Assembly (NCBI RefSeq): GCF_009914755.1
Contig: NC_060925.1
DNA length: 64,000 nucleotides
Reading direction: 5' to 3' (one strand)
Source of the DNA: the human T2T-CHM13v2.0 reference genome, Homo sapiens
In this document: positions 25,401 through 38,230 of the stretch, piece after piece
Layout of the letters: each line of letters begins with the position of its first letter
Numbering within the stretch: the first letter of the stretch is position 1
Position numbers and translations under genes: made by a program
The notes under the pieces: generated by a model
Databases searched by the model: none
Told to the model about the DNA's origin: nothing
The model's input: the letters and a program-made list of their open reading frames with translations, nothing else

Positions 25401-27193
25401 TACTTTTTTTAAAAAGGCAACTTCCGCACTTATAAGGGACAGTAATCCTTGTGCCAGTTGAAATATTTTCACAGCCATGATTTTATCACAGACTGTAGGA
25501 AACAGATTCTCTTGCTTCTAGAAAGCATGTTTTGTTAGGGAACTGTGTTGAATTCTTCACCTCAATTAACCTTTATTTTAAACCTTCTGAGCATCAGAAG
25601 TATTTACTATCTTATATTATAAATGCAAATACTTTTTCCTGGATCAAATAATTGAAGAATAACTAGGATTATGAATGGGAAAGAAAGGTTTCCTATGCCT
25701 GAGTGAGTTGAGTTGCTGTTCTTTGCTTATCATATATAAAGAGTGAGTGAATTTATTATCATCCTGGTATGTACATGTTAACTCAAAATTATTGTGGTAC
25801 TCACTGTACTTTGTACTATTGGGTTCCAATGGTTTGTAAGCTAGTGATTTATGCACATAAATCCTTAATTCTTAACTAAGAAAATTTAGAAATTTTAAAA
25901 TTTAATACCCTATTAAGAAAAAAGGGTGAATTTTCCTGTGCTCTCTTATAGCAATCATCTTATCAAAAATTATTGCCCTTTTGAGAAAAGTACATCATGA
26001 TAACATCACTTTGTATCTTCTAGCTTTCTCTGATGTTAGGCATTTTTTCTTAAACAAGTTAAATATTCCTCATGGAAAAATAATTAGCCAATTCCTTAAA
26101 TTTGACAAAAACATCATTCAGAATTGTTGCTATCATTCCTTTTTTTTCCTCTTTTTTTGGATATTTTATGTCCAGGCAAATGGGGGAATGATTGGCTTTA
26201 TATTCTTTACATGAACTGTCTTTTTTCCTGCCTATCCTAGTAATATCACAGCATCTAATTTATTTTCTTAACCACATAACATATCCTTTCCTCTTTTCTA
26301 ATAAGAGAATATAGTTAACTTAGGCAAATGAAGCAGTGCCTGTGACATATTAAGTGCTATTAAATGCTCAATAAATGTTTCATGACTGAATAAACTCAAG
26401 GCCAGGTAAACATAAGAATAGAGAAAAAATAAGAGTGAAGCTGTGATTGGTAGTTTTTTGTTTGTTTCATATCTATAACCTCTTGGTAGCTTCCCCAAGA
26501 ATAGTTAATTGTCCATGTGACCAGGACTTTATATCCTTATGTCACCTACTTCTGCTTCCTTCCCCCACCAGTTTCTGGGAAGAATTTTGCCAGATCACCA
26601 GATGCACACAGTTAGCTACTAAAGAATCTCTTGTCTGTCTCTTTAGCTTCTCCATAAATACACACATTTCTTCATTTGTTTTTAAGGCAATGCTGTATGT
26701 GTAATCATGTGTGAATCTTTATTGAACACTTATGGAATAAGCCACCTGTTCTTACAAATTAGCTGAGTTCTCAAGAAGGCCCAAATTAGTGAATTAGTTG
26801 ATGAAGGAAATTTGTTGCGGAGACAGCAGGCAGCTAAGAAATTTTTCAGCTTGTCAAAGGTATTGTTAGTCTCACAGCTTGGCAAGGAGAGAAGAAGATA
26901 CCATTTTGAAGAATTTTAGGTAGTGTCTTAATACCTTACACTCACTAAGGACGAAAATGAAATTGCTTGTCTTATCAGTTAAAGGGAAGCTTTGCTGATG
27001 TCAGACCATAGCCCAGAAAGTTAACTAAAAGTTTTGTAGAAGTAGATAATCTTTTCCTGGTGATCGATGTGGTGAGATTGGAAGTGAGTTGCCAGGGGAG
27101 TCATGGGGAAATAGGCTTAATCATTTTATTTGTATTTGTGCTGAAGGCAGTGCTGAACAAACCTCTGAAGTCACTTAGCCATGTCTTTTCCAG

Positions 27194-27785
27194 GGGGCAT
27201 GCAAGGCGACTGCTGATTTCTACAGACACTTTTTAAGCGATTACCAGTGCTGGCAAGTGGAACTACCTTTCCGGTCCTCTTACAAGCATCCAGTCACTTG
27301 CTGAAATGTCATAAGCGATATAAACCTGCTGACAGGCCAGGATCATTGCATCTCCTGCCTCCTCCTTCCACGTAACAAATCTCATTGTTGATTGGCATAT
27401 GGCAGCAAGCATCCCAACACCCAGAGTGGTGTTCTTATTTCTGAGGGAGCAGGGTCTGTGTGTGAATTGCACACACAGGGAGCAATCCCCTGCCCTGATA
27501 CAGGCAACCTGAGTGCTTAGTTCCTTCTCTGCTCAGAACTTAGTGTGACTATGTGGCCTACCTCACATTGTTTGTGTTACACCTACACAGGAAAAAGGAA
27601 AAATGTCCTTTTGATTCCATGCTTGTAGAGATGTTCATCCAATTTGAATGAACATGTAGCCAAGGTAGTGTCTTCCCCCTTTCTTCTCCTTTTTTTTTTG
27701 TCTCATAGGTGTAATAACATTTCATTTTAAAAATAAATATGAAAAATGGAAAAGCATAAATAAAAAATAAACACATTTGTGAGTT
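27194..27785 (+). other. Candidate terminal exon B
   Basis: Acceptor ATGTCTTTTCCAG| at 27193. A second strong acceptor (long pyrimidine tract ..GTCTCATAG) lies at ~27708. AATAAA at 27732, 27759 and 27766, followed by GU/U-rich TTTGTGAGTTTTTT. Prediction only. Confidence 0.4.
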
Positions 27786-28399
27786 TTTTATGCAGATATA
27801 AATACTGTTAATATTTTAATTTTTATCCTCTGGCCTTGTACTTCTAGGAAGTAATGAATGGTCTGGTTCTTTGGGTCCTTGGAGCCAGTGTGGGTAGGAG
27901 TGGGGTTGGCAGGGACAGTAGAGAAGGATGCAAGGAAAATATTTGCTCTGGATAGATAATTTTGTCTTTTTCATCCAATCTTATGGGGAAGAAAATGTTC
28001 AAAATTCAATAAATATTCATTGAACACCTACTATGTGCTAAGGACTATTTAGATAGTAGAAACACTGCAATGAATAATGCAAAATGCCTTTGTGAAAGTT
28101 ATAATCTATGGAAAATGGAAGAGAGAGAGTAGAAATACCCAGTATGAAACTTGACAATTCAATACAAAGTAGCCAAATTATTTAAATAAACACTTTAAGC
28201 ACCTGGTATATGGCACAGTTTTGAGTGATGATGTGTTAAATTCAAAATCAGGAATTTTTATCTAAACTGTGTATCTACAATAATGGATTATATAAAATGA
28301 GACAGTCTTATAAGCCTTGTTTCTAGATATTTTATAGCCTTTTGACAATTATTTAAGTCTGCATGTAGAATTTATCACCACTTAAGTAGAATCTATTAG

Positions 28400-28650
28400 G
28401 ACCGTAGAATCTCAGAGATGAATTTAAATGGTCTACCTTCTCTATTTCTATTATCTATACTACACTCCTGCTCCCATGGCTGAATCCTCTCCCTGATACA
28501 TTAAGCAGTAATTATCAGCCTCTTTTTGAAATCTTCAGGCACAAAAAGCTCTCTACTTCCTGAAGCAGCCCATTCCACCAACCAGTAGCTCCAATTTTCA
28601 AAATGATCTTCCTTATATTAATCTGAAATTCAAGGGCCCATAGTTTCTTC
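28400..28650 (-). mobile_element. L3/CR1 LINE fragment
   Basis: CAGCCTCTTTTTGAAATCTTC..CTACTTCCTGAAGCAGCCCATTCCA..TTCCTTATATTAATCTGAAAT, typical of antisense L3. Confidence 0.6.
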
Positions 28651-30870
28651 CGCTGAAAGTATGTGCAAGTCTCTGGGAACTATCTCAGGCAGTTGAAGCC
28701 TGGGGATATTTCTTTTCCAAGTTTCAAAGTTCAAATTGCCAGAAAGAGCCCTGAAAGGGTCTAAGGTGTTAAAGGTGTCCGTAAAACTGATGAAGAAAAT
28801 AATAGCTTGTATCAAAGAGCACCAGTAGCATGTGGAAGAATGGGTTGTTAGGGGATATGGCTTTGATCTGCCACTCGCTTGTCAGCAGAGTTGATTCACT
28901 CACTTGGCTAGTTGAGAAGGTGGCCCTTCCTCCATGTGTGGTCTTCCTCAAGCCCCATGCTAAGGCAAAGAAGTTGACCTAAGCTCTGTCTTCCATAGGT
29001 CAAAGGTACCTGAATAGTTGAGTTATTTTAGTAGAAACTCTGAATATGGAATTGCAGTTTGAAGCAGCCAAAATATTCATTTTTATAGCTGAGAAGAGAC
29101 TCTAACATGCAGAACATGTTGTCTTGGAGAAGCCAGTGATGAAATGTGTTGGTTTGAGCCATAGCAACAGTTCACCTTTATATGCAGAGGAAATGGAAAT
29201 CCATTTTAATCATCAATGAAAAGATAATCATTCTAAAGTTCCTTTCCAACATCTATCACAAACATACTAAGTTTCCTTCTAAAAATAAAACAACTGAGTT
29301 TTCCCTCCATCTTGTGATTTTCAATGGAACCTGAAAGCTGGTGTCCTATCCTTTTATGCCCTTGGTGGCCAGTCAAAAGAGAACAGGTTTTATTCATTAA
29401 TTACATCATTGATTTATTCACCAAACATGCATTGAGCACTCACGCTGTATCAGACACAATCGTTAGTACTAAATGTAAGAAATCCTGAGATCCTCAAATA
29501 AAATAGCAGAATATGGGTGGATTTGAGTAGACTGGTTTAGAAGATATTGAGGAAGGTGATTTGATGGTAACTAAATATGAGAGTAGTGAGCGCATTAAGA
29601 TTAACTCTCAAGTTTCTTATATGAGGAGTTGGGGAGATGGTGGTAAGTCCACAAACTTGGGTAAGGCACCCAATTTTACAGGAGCAACATACTGAAGGAA
29701 ATCCGTAGGGAAAAGGTGAAATGGTGTATTTACCAATGATGGTATTTGGGCATCAGGGTCTGGAAGCTCTTCTTCAGATATGGAAGCCCAGGCTTGGTAG
29801 TGTAGTGGACTTTATGGTAGAGAAGTAGCATCTTTTCTATAAAGAACCAGATTTTCTTTTTTTTTAAATAAGAGCTCCTGGTTAAAAGCTGTATGTCAGA
29901 TCCCATATGGGGGCTCTAAGATCTAATTTTACTTAAGGGCCCCAAGGCACAGAGGCTAGCCAAGATTCTGAGAAGATACCAAATAAAAATCTTGGAACCA
30001 ATAGAAAGCAATTTTCATAATTAGGAGGAACACGGCACCCCATATATCATCATTAGTCTGAGACAAGGAACAGAAGGTTGGGGAGGGAAAGGATGGTTTC
30101 TCTAAACAGGGAACAGGTGGCCAGTGCAGTCAGGGCCAGCTAGGGAAACCTTAGGCAACTCTGCTCGAAAATTTCTCTGTTCCTCCCCTAGAAACTCTCA
30201 GATACAGAAGAAAACAGGATGATTAGTTATTGGCAATTAGTTATTAGTTATTGGCAATGGGTGTTTGCCTCCATGATAGTGTTTTTGTTCTTAACAGAGA
30301 CACAGAGAAAGGCCAAAGGGTAGAATTTAATGGCACCCGTAGACACTGTGGAAAATGAAGTGTTTTTGTATGTCCTGATAAACTGAAGTTTTGATGTTAC
30401 AAAATGTCCAAAATGCAATTTGGCTTTCATTTGAATTGCTTCCTGCAAAGTTAATTGTTTGCTCCCAATCCATAATTGATGATAGCTTTTCCCCTATTGC
30501 AGTTAGACCAAGGAATCTTGGCAGTCTAGTGCTATAGAAGCCAGACACATGCAGGTAATAACACCCCAAGAAGAGCTGAAATATTAGCCTTCGGAGACAC
30601 AGGCTGTGCAAATTTCTCTGGCTTACAAAAGAGACATCAGTTACACCTTAGAGCCTGTCTTGTAGACTTAGTTTCATAAAAGTTGTATAATAATTTTGGA
30701 AAGTACAGATGACATGTCAGAAAAAATGCCAGAGGAAAAGCTCTGGGGAGCCTGATTAATCAGTTTCACAGTAGGTATAAGGAATGAGGGGGTTCTGATA
30801 GCTAAAGTAGTGATTTGCATGTCTAACTAATTTTCTTCTGCCATTTCTTCTCCATTCCCATGATATCCAG

Positions 30871-31235
30871 TACAGAGTGACCATGCAGTGTTGATTGATC
30901 GAACAGCAACCACCACATACATGTCCTGCCCCACCACAAAAGGAAGGAAGGAATAAAAGAAAGAAAGAAAGAAACAAACAAACAAACAAACAAAACTAAG
31001 CAAGACAAAACAAATACCCATGTCAGTGGTTCAAAGATTAAGATTGTGGCTTTGTGTAAAGTTCTTTCCCTTTGTAGACTTGCTGCATAATTATTCAGGT
31101 ATGATGGTTACAGTTTTTAAAAAGGAAGGGAAATTGTGGTATGTGGTATGTAAATATTTTTAAATGTTGTCTCTCTGTTTTGATCAGTTTTTGTTTTATT
31201 CAATTTGTCTTTATTAAATCTTATCAAAGCAAAAC
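30871..31235 (+). other. Candidate terminal exon C (best supported)
   Basis: Branch point CTAAC at 30823-30827, AG-free pyrimidine tract, CCAG| at 30870. 3'UTR-like body with TGTA elements, ATTAAA at 31213-31218 and a U/GU-rich downstream element. Confidence 0.55.
30940..30996. repeat. Compound microsatellite (GGAA)n(GAAA)n(CAAA)n
   Basis: Directly visible in the sequence. Confidence 0.9.
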
Positions 31236-33199
31236 TTGTTCTTCCCATTTCTCTGTTTTGATTACAGGACTACTGAATGGAGAGCTTTCTGATTTCTCCA
31301 AGGGAATTGTTTTGTAGAAAAGGCCATGCTAGATTTCCCTTGCCACTGCCTCTTTCTGCTTGGAAGGTAACCTTTACCAAGAGCTATAGCCTCTTAATCT
31401 TTTAGTGGAAATCGCTCTTGTGAAAACGAGCCCTGATAGTATCTTGGCTCACTAATTCATGCCATGCCGCTCAAAATTAAAGCATTAAAATTTCATAGAT
31501 ATAATACCATTTATAAATCATGTCATAAAAACATTCATTTTCTTATAGACCTTGAAAACTGGGCATGTATTCCTCCTCCAGCTGTTGCTTAAAGTTCATT
31601 ACAGCACACCAGTATTTGTCAAAAACAAAGCTCTGGTAAAGTGGGGAGATATTTAGGAGCAACACCCTCAGAGCATCAAGGCACTGTCCTCCCAGCATTG
31701 TGCACATGTTCCTCCCATTAGTGGTCATGGAAACTGCAAGCCCACCTCTGTGTAATCAGAGATTCCCGGCAGAATTGTATTAATGGAGCAAGTGGTTCTG
31801 GGAGGGTAGCTTTATCATTCTTTATGTCCTTATTCTGTTCACTTGGAGAAAGAGACTATTTACCATTTTCCCTAAATTTATCTCCTATAAAATTTCAATA
31901 TGTTTAGTGGATGAAGGCAACAGACTAATTAAGTAGACGGTAAACATTTGCCACATTTCAAAAAATGACAATGACAGACGATTCTTTTTGCCATTTACCC
32001 TTAGGCAGCAGATGGGGACTTGATAATTGTTTAAGCAGCAGAAATAACTTGCCCTAATTTACTATCTAGTTTTTTGTTTGTTTGTCTTTGATTATGCCTG
32101 AATAAAAACCTTTTGTCCATTTGAAGTGGTGGAAATTAGAATATCCATTTTGAGGTGTTTCTGGGATGTACATGCCACATATTTGGCTTGCAGATGCTAA
32201 TGGGTATCTAATCACATTTGCCAACCATAAAATCCCTATTGGTAAAACACTTACATCTGCAATAATCTGCCACTTTCTTGAAACATGCTAATTTTCTTAA
32301 ATAATGTAGAGGCCTATAAGGACTTCTATTTTATGTAAACAACTAGATGTAGTAAACAATCAGTTGCAAGAGGTCATTATATCATAATCTGGACTTTGTT
32401 ACTTTTCAGAAGTTTGGGGTTTTTGTTTGTTGGCTTGTGTTGTCTTGTTTTAATTTCATCGGGCTAGCATTTCATAGTAGAGTATTAAGATGGATTCTTT
32501 GACCTTTGATATGAAAAGTAGCTGAACCATCTTTTTATTGCTTGATTTGTTGGATTGGAGAATATTTTATCTATTCAGTATTAAAGATTAGCCCTAGGAA
32601 ACTGGGAGCTGCTCTAAAATATGGAATTTCTAAGTCGAGTGCATTTTCTCCAGGCTAAAATAAACCTAGACACAGATATTTGATAGTGTAGAATTCCCTT
32701 AATCTTTTAGGCACAGCATCTGTATGCTCATTCACATGGACTCGTTTTACATACACTACCTACCCATGCCACCAGGATCATTTATCTGGTATGTAAAATC
32801 TGATACGTGTTTTTGTGCTAATTGAAATATTGGTTTGTTTGTTGTCAGCCTCAGATGCCTTCTCCAACAAGGCTAAAAACAATTTCAAGCAGAATATAAA
32901 TAAGACGCATCTGAGGATATACCTATGCATACACAAATTTGTGTGTGGGTGGACATACATATATTCTACACAAATGCACTGAGGGAGAGAGCAAGAGTGA
33001 GTTTCTATTTTCATTCTGTCGTGCTTACGTATATTCATATGATTTCACATTGGGTATAGCTTTGGATCTGAGAAAACCAGACTATTATATGTCTGGTAAC
33101 TTCACTGGAAAATCTGAAAGAATCTAAATTAGCCAGTCCTGCTGATCTTTTGGATACATGAATTCATATGTCCACTAATTTGTTTTCTTTTTGCTTTTT

Positions 33200-34310
33200 A
33201 TTGTGGAGAGGGGAGAAATCCAAACATACACAAATATAAACAGAATAATATAAAAGAAACCTCTATGCATCGATCACCAGCTCCAGAAAATACCAACTCA
33301 TTGGTCTCTGCAGCCCCATCTTCATCATCAGTCACATCTTCCCAACCCTTCTCCCACCTGTTTTTTTTGAGGCAAATCCAATAGCATATTATTTCATTTC
33401 AAAATATTTTATTATGTACTTTCCTAAGATAAAAACATAGTTTTTATATATGAGTAGAATACCAATCCCACACTAAAAAAATTCACCGTAAGTCTTAATG
33501 TCATCAGATCTCCAGTCAATGCAATTATCTAATGCATCATACATTTTTTAAGAAATCATAATTCAAATAAAATACATACATTGCTTGTCCATAGATTGAT
33601 TTATCTTGAGACTTTTTAAAACATATGGGTACTCCTCTCCTTTTCTTTTTTTCTTCTTGCAGTTCATTTGTCAAACTGCAAGGGAAAAAAATGATTGTTT
33701 GTCCTGTAGCTTCTCACAGTCTAGTTTTTGCTGATTGCATCCCCACGATATAGCTTAATATGTTCTTTGGTCTCTTATTTACTGTACTTAGTAGTTAGAT
33801 CTAGAAGTTTTATTATATTAGATTTTTGTGGGGTTTTCTTTTGATAAGACATTTACATATGTGGTCTTTTCTACTTAATAAAAAGCACACTATATGCTTT
33901 ATCTCTTTTTGAAGTGCTAGCCATTAATGTTCAATGCCTAAATCCATTAGTTGATTAGAGATTACAAAATACTGGTATTCTTATCTTCTCATACCTTCAT
34001 CATTTATTAGATGTGATATTTTTATAATAAAAATTTCCTCCTTTTTATTCTTTGGTGACCAGTAGTACAACTAGTGTAGCCAAGGGAGGATAAACTCTTG
34101 ATTCTTTTATTTACAGTTTTCAAAATTATCATTAGTTCCCTACAGTATCCCTCGGTACTCAATAATTTTTTACTATCATGAAGAACACATGGATTTAAAA
34201 TTTGTTGAAGTATTTCAATCTATTGCATTTACATCATCCCTGTTGATGCTCAAATTGTCCCATCTTTGGCCTGTAAGAGGCTCTAACAGGTTGTTCTACA
34301 TTCTTTTGAC
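33200..34310 (-). mobile_element. L1MC (L1MC4/5-like) 3' region
   Basis: CAAACATACACAAATATAAACAGAATAATATAA..GATGCTCAAATTGTCCCATCTTTGGCC motifs. Confidence 0.7.
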
Positions 34311-35652
34311 AGATTCATGTCCACTCTTCACTCTGTAGGGGATATGGAATCCCAGGGATTTTGGAAATTGCTGCTACCCTCTCCCTTTCACTAGGCCTAC
34401 GCTTTCTGTTTCTTGCTCTTTCCGGATGTTCTGTCACATGACTTTAACTTGGAGATAGCTCCTGAAGGAGCCAGTGTTTATATGTAAATTATTGAGAAAC
34501 ACAAAAGTGCCAGAACACATTAGTTTTCAACAACCTGTTTTATTCTTCTCACATTTTTATGTTATCTTAGGGAACCAGCTTCACCTGGTGTTTGGAATTC
34601 TAACTTTTTGGTAGCCCCTTAGCCCCAGGTAGCAAATTGCTGTACTCTTTTTGTGTCTTCATCACTGTGTGGCTTGTGGTAGTCACTTGAATACTTGTTG
34701 AATGTATCAGTGACTGAAAGAACAAATAAACAAATAAGCTCATGATCTCTCTTTAATTTAAGGCATAAATCTATTTTAGATATGGTGCCATGAAACAGAA
34801 CAATCTTAGCTGATAAGAGAGAGTTGATATTGCATGTGCAGGGTGAGAGTACATTTCTGAGTCATTTGGGAGAGGGGCTTCAATAGGAAACTGTCCCTTG
34901 AATGGAAAAGCATTCCCTGTACAGTCTTTCAGACACTAATTTTGACAAGCACCAAAGCAAGACACATGCTTTGGAGTGTTATGGGATTTTATGCCAAGAG
35001 GTTGAAATAATTTAATGGATCTGGAGAGGGTGGAGGTAGCATAGAATTATGGTTGCTTTATCCATTTTTTTCTGATCTGTTTAGGTGATTTATCTATTCT
35101 GATTTCCCTGAATTGTTTAGTGCTGAGATTTCATGGAAATAGGTGTTCTAAAAACCACTAAATATTGTTTTTTAATTACCTCACGGCCTCAAAGGAACAA
35201 GTAATCCTCATCTTCTTTTTATTGGCACTAAAATTCTCTATAACCACCAGATCCCATAAAGATCATTCTTTTTAAAGCCTTGTTTTTTACTAAGGAATGT
35301 TGATTTTCTAGATACATCACTGCAGGATGGAGTCAGGCAAAGAATAATTATTGTCATTCAAGTCAGTGTTTCATAATCTATCTGGGTGCTAAGAGCCACC
35401 CCAATTGGGAAGAGTGCATGTGTTATAATAAAATTATCTATTCACCAGACAAGGAAAGCAATAACTTTGTAGCATGTCATATGTCTGTGTTCACATATAT
35501 ACACAGCTGGGGAGCAATGGTAAACAGTTTCCTAAACACTCACTAAATTCATGCTTATCAAGTGTCTTATTCCTTAAACCAATAGTCTACACAGACATTT
35601 TTACTGTACTCACTCCAAAGTAAATAATTTTTGAGCATTTAACCTCAGCAAA

Positions 35653-35733
35653 TTAGGTTGAACCATATGAAATTGACAATTTGTGGGTCAAAAATACTTG
35701 AACATTGGCAATTTCATATTTTTCAACCTTCTA
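35653..35733. mobile_element. MADE2 (Mariner-derived ~80-bp MITE)
   Basis: Terminal inverted repeats AGGTTGAACCATATGAAATTG and CAATTTCATATTTTTCAACCT around a short spacer containing GGTCAAAAA. Confidence 0.9.
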
Positions 35734-36319
35734 ATTTTATTAGTTACAAATATGTACATATGTTACCATCATCATTAATTAATATAACAAGCACAATAAC
35801 TCTTTGGGTAAGGATCAATAATATATTGGGTGTAAATCTGCATTTCCAGTAGTCTCTTGGGTAATTTCTAAATCATTGAGTTAGTTCTGATGAGATCAGA
35901 CCATCACAGTTTTTACTCTGATACTGTGGCTAGCTAGAAACTTGCCCTAGGAGATATGTCAGCTCTGACAGTTTCTTCTTGTGTCTAATGTGCTTGCCTT
36001 GTTACTATTTTTAGTCAATCTATGTTTTCTTTGCAGAAATCTTTTTACGCCGCTTGTCCATTTTGAGAGGGCTAATTGATAAGTTGAAACTAAATAATAT
36101 AATACATATATAAACCAGTTTGACTAGACCATTTTATTCAGAATATGTTGCACAGTACTCAAAGAGAAGATTTCACATGTTGACTCTGACGTGCAGATGA
36201 ATGATGGTGCCGTAGACAATTAGGATATTAGATTTTAGTAGAACTTAATTTATTTCTAATTTTTCCAGTGACACAATGGATATAAATGAAAGTTCAAACC
36301 TAGTTTGAGTTGTGCCTCC

Positions 36320-36588
36320 CACAGGCAGTCTTTCCATGTGGCTTGGATTTATAACAACTTGGTGGCTGGGTTCTGAGACAGAGCATCTGAAAAGCAAGCA
36401 TTCCAAGAAATCAGGTGGACATCGGATAGACTTTCATGACCCAGCCTTGGAAATCACATAGTGTCACTTCCTCATCCTTAATTAATTAAAGCAATTACAA
36501 TCCCATGTAGATTTAAGAGGAGGGTACATAGATATCTCTATAGAAGGAATGTCAAAGAGTTTGTGGCCACTGTTTATAAACCACCACA
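36320..36588 (-). mobile_element. MLT1 (MLT1H-like) LTR fragment
   Basis: CCAGCCTTGGAAATCACATAGTGTCACTTCC..GTCAAAGAGTTTGTGGCCA..AAACCACCACA. Confidence 0.75.
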
Positions 36589-36599
36589 CCACTCAATGC

Positions 36600-36960
36600 A
36601 TAAATCCCTTAACAAATGGTCATCCACATTTACTACCTCTACTGACAAGGAGTTCATTATCACAGAATGTAAACTATTCCTTTTTTGGGACAGTATTAAG
36701 TATTAAAAATATTTTCTCAAGCGGAACAAAAATATGCTTTCTTATTACCCAGTTTTTGTTCTCCCTTCTGCCCTCCGGAACACAGCAAGTCAGCTTTCCT
36801 TTTTGCTTGGAAGTAGTTTTCAAGTGAATTGTGTTTTCTTTTGGATGTTCACACTCCTAGTTGCTTTGACTCTTTCCTATTTCTCTCATCATGTGGTTAT
36901 CTTCTAAGCAGACAATACTTTATTTCTATTTCTCTTAAAGTACTACTAAATTTGAACCCA
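36600..36960 (-). mobile_element. L3/CR1 fragment
   Basis: CCTCTACTGACAAGGAGTTCATTA..TTTTGGGACAG..CTGCCCTCCGGAACACAG. Confidence 0.55.
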
Positions 36961-36979
36961 TGTACCATTTAATACTGCC

Positions 36980-37740
36980 CCTGCAGACTGGGTTGTTAAA
37001 ATACTATTTGCGTATGTAATAGTTTCTCAAAAGAATTATCTATAGAACAATTTATTAGTGCAAACTGTTAATATATAATTTTTCAGATACTCAGAGTGCC
37101 AGCATACTCTGAGCCAATGAGAGCTGATTTGGGAGACTATACCGGATGCTGTCAGGCAGCAAATGTTTGTGCCCCATATGGCAAATGTTCTCAGCCAGTG
37201 AATACTCTATTGTACCATACTCAGTTGAAAGTCTTCAGCAATGTTTGTTATGTACCCCTCAGGAGCCTTTCTTTCTGCCCTATATTTTTGTGTTCTAGTG
37301 AACTGTTTGAAACCATAATGGCCGACAAAATGTATGCAAGTGATAGTGCTGAGACTGAGGCAATGAAACCCAGGAAGAATATTCCACTGGCTATTGACAT
37401 GCAGGGCTTCCAGCAGTTTGAGAAGCCTTTGATGAAAAGGTCAAAGTAACAGATGGTAAAGATCAGCAGGAAATTAGGGATTGGTATAAGTCCTTTTGAC
37501 ATTCTGAAGGGCATTATAAAACATCCCTGTAGGATTGCCCAACAGTTGTTTGAAAAATTCCTAGAAGAAGAAACTAAGGTTGAATTATGTCATGACTTCT
37601 AGTGATTTAACAAAAATGAAAGAGTGCCTGCCACTGTATAATGATTTAACAAAAATGAAAGAGTGCCTGCCGCTGTATAATGCCAGGAACTCATCTTTAC
37701 AGGAACTATGTGCTTAGGACGCTGTGTGATGCAGATATAC
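36980..37740 (+). mobile_element. Degenerate Tigger/pogo-family DNA transposon with transposase N-terminal remnant
   Basis: One frame at ~37370-37510 reads RKNIPLAIDMQGFQQFEK..*QMVKISRKLGIGISPFDILK, resembling the CENP-B/Tigger HTH pattern (RK.ITL..K....FE...IAR.LG...ST...ILK). Boundaries uncertain. Confidence 0.55.
37603..37682. repeat. 39-bp tandem duplication
   Basis: TGATTTAACAAAAATGAAAGAGTGCCTGCC[A/G]CTGTATAA twice, with one mismatch. Confidence 0.97.
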
Positions 37741-38034
37741 TAGCTACTCTTTCTTTTTCAGAAATGAGTGTCCCACACCACAATCATATTTCCATATTCT
37801 AGGTAAATTTTGATCAGAGAAGACTGAAGTAGAATTAATTTTCCTACAATATGACATTTTTCATCAACTACTTAAGGTGACTTTAGCTTTTTAAACAGCT
37901 ACATAACAATGTTGACCCATCTTAAGCTTCTTCAACAAAGATCTCCATATTTTTTTCAGGTAAAAGTCTACAAAGCCCAATTCTGTTCCTCACCACCACT
38001 CTAATATGTAATCTGATCATGGTGGTAATGAGGA

Positions 38035-38230
38035 CCATGACTAATGTTTATTGGGCACTTGCTTAGCTCCAGGCACAATTAAGTGCTTTTCACTATTTCA
38101 GGAAATCCTCACCACAAACCTATGAGGTAGTTGCTTTTATTATCCCTATCTTTTGCATGGGGAGTATTATAGAAGCTGGATAACTTGCCCAAGGTCTTAT
38201 AGTTAGTAAATGGTGGAGCTGGGATCAGTG
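38035..38230 (-). mobile_element. MIR
   Basis: AATCCTCACCACAAACCTATGAGGTAG..TAACTTGCCCAAGGTC..GTAAATGGTGGAGCTGGGAT. Confidence 0.85.

Noticed and set aside
35653-35733. Long hairpin as a novel miRNA
   Set aside because: Fully explained by MADE2 terminal inverted repeats.
37603-37682. 39-bp direct repeats as a CRISPR-like array
   Set aside because: Only two adjacent copies, no spacers, no cas genes, primate context.
38120-38135. TGAGGTAG let-7-like seed (also ~55653)
   Set aside because: Part of the MIR consensus (ACAACCCTATGAGGTAG); no pre-miRNA hairpin.
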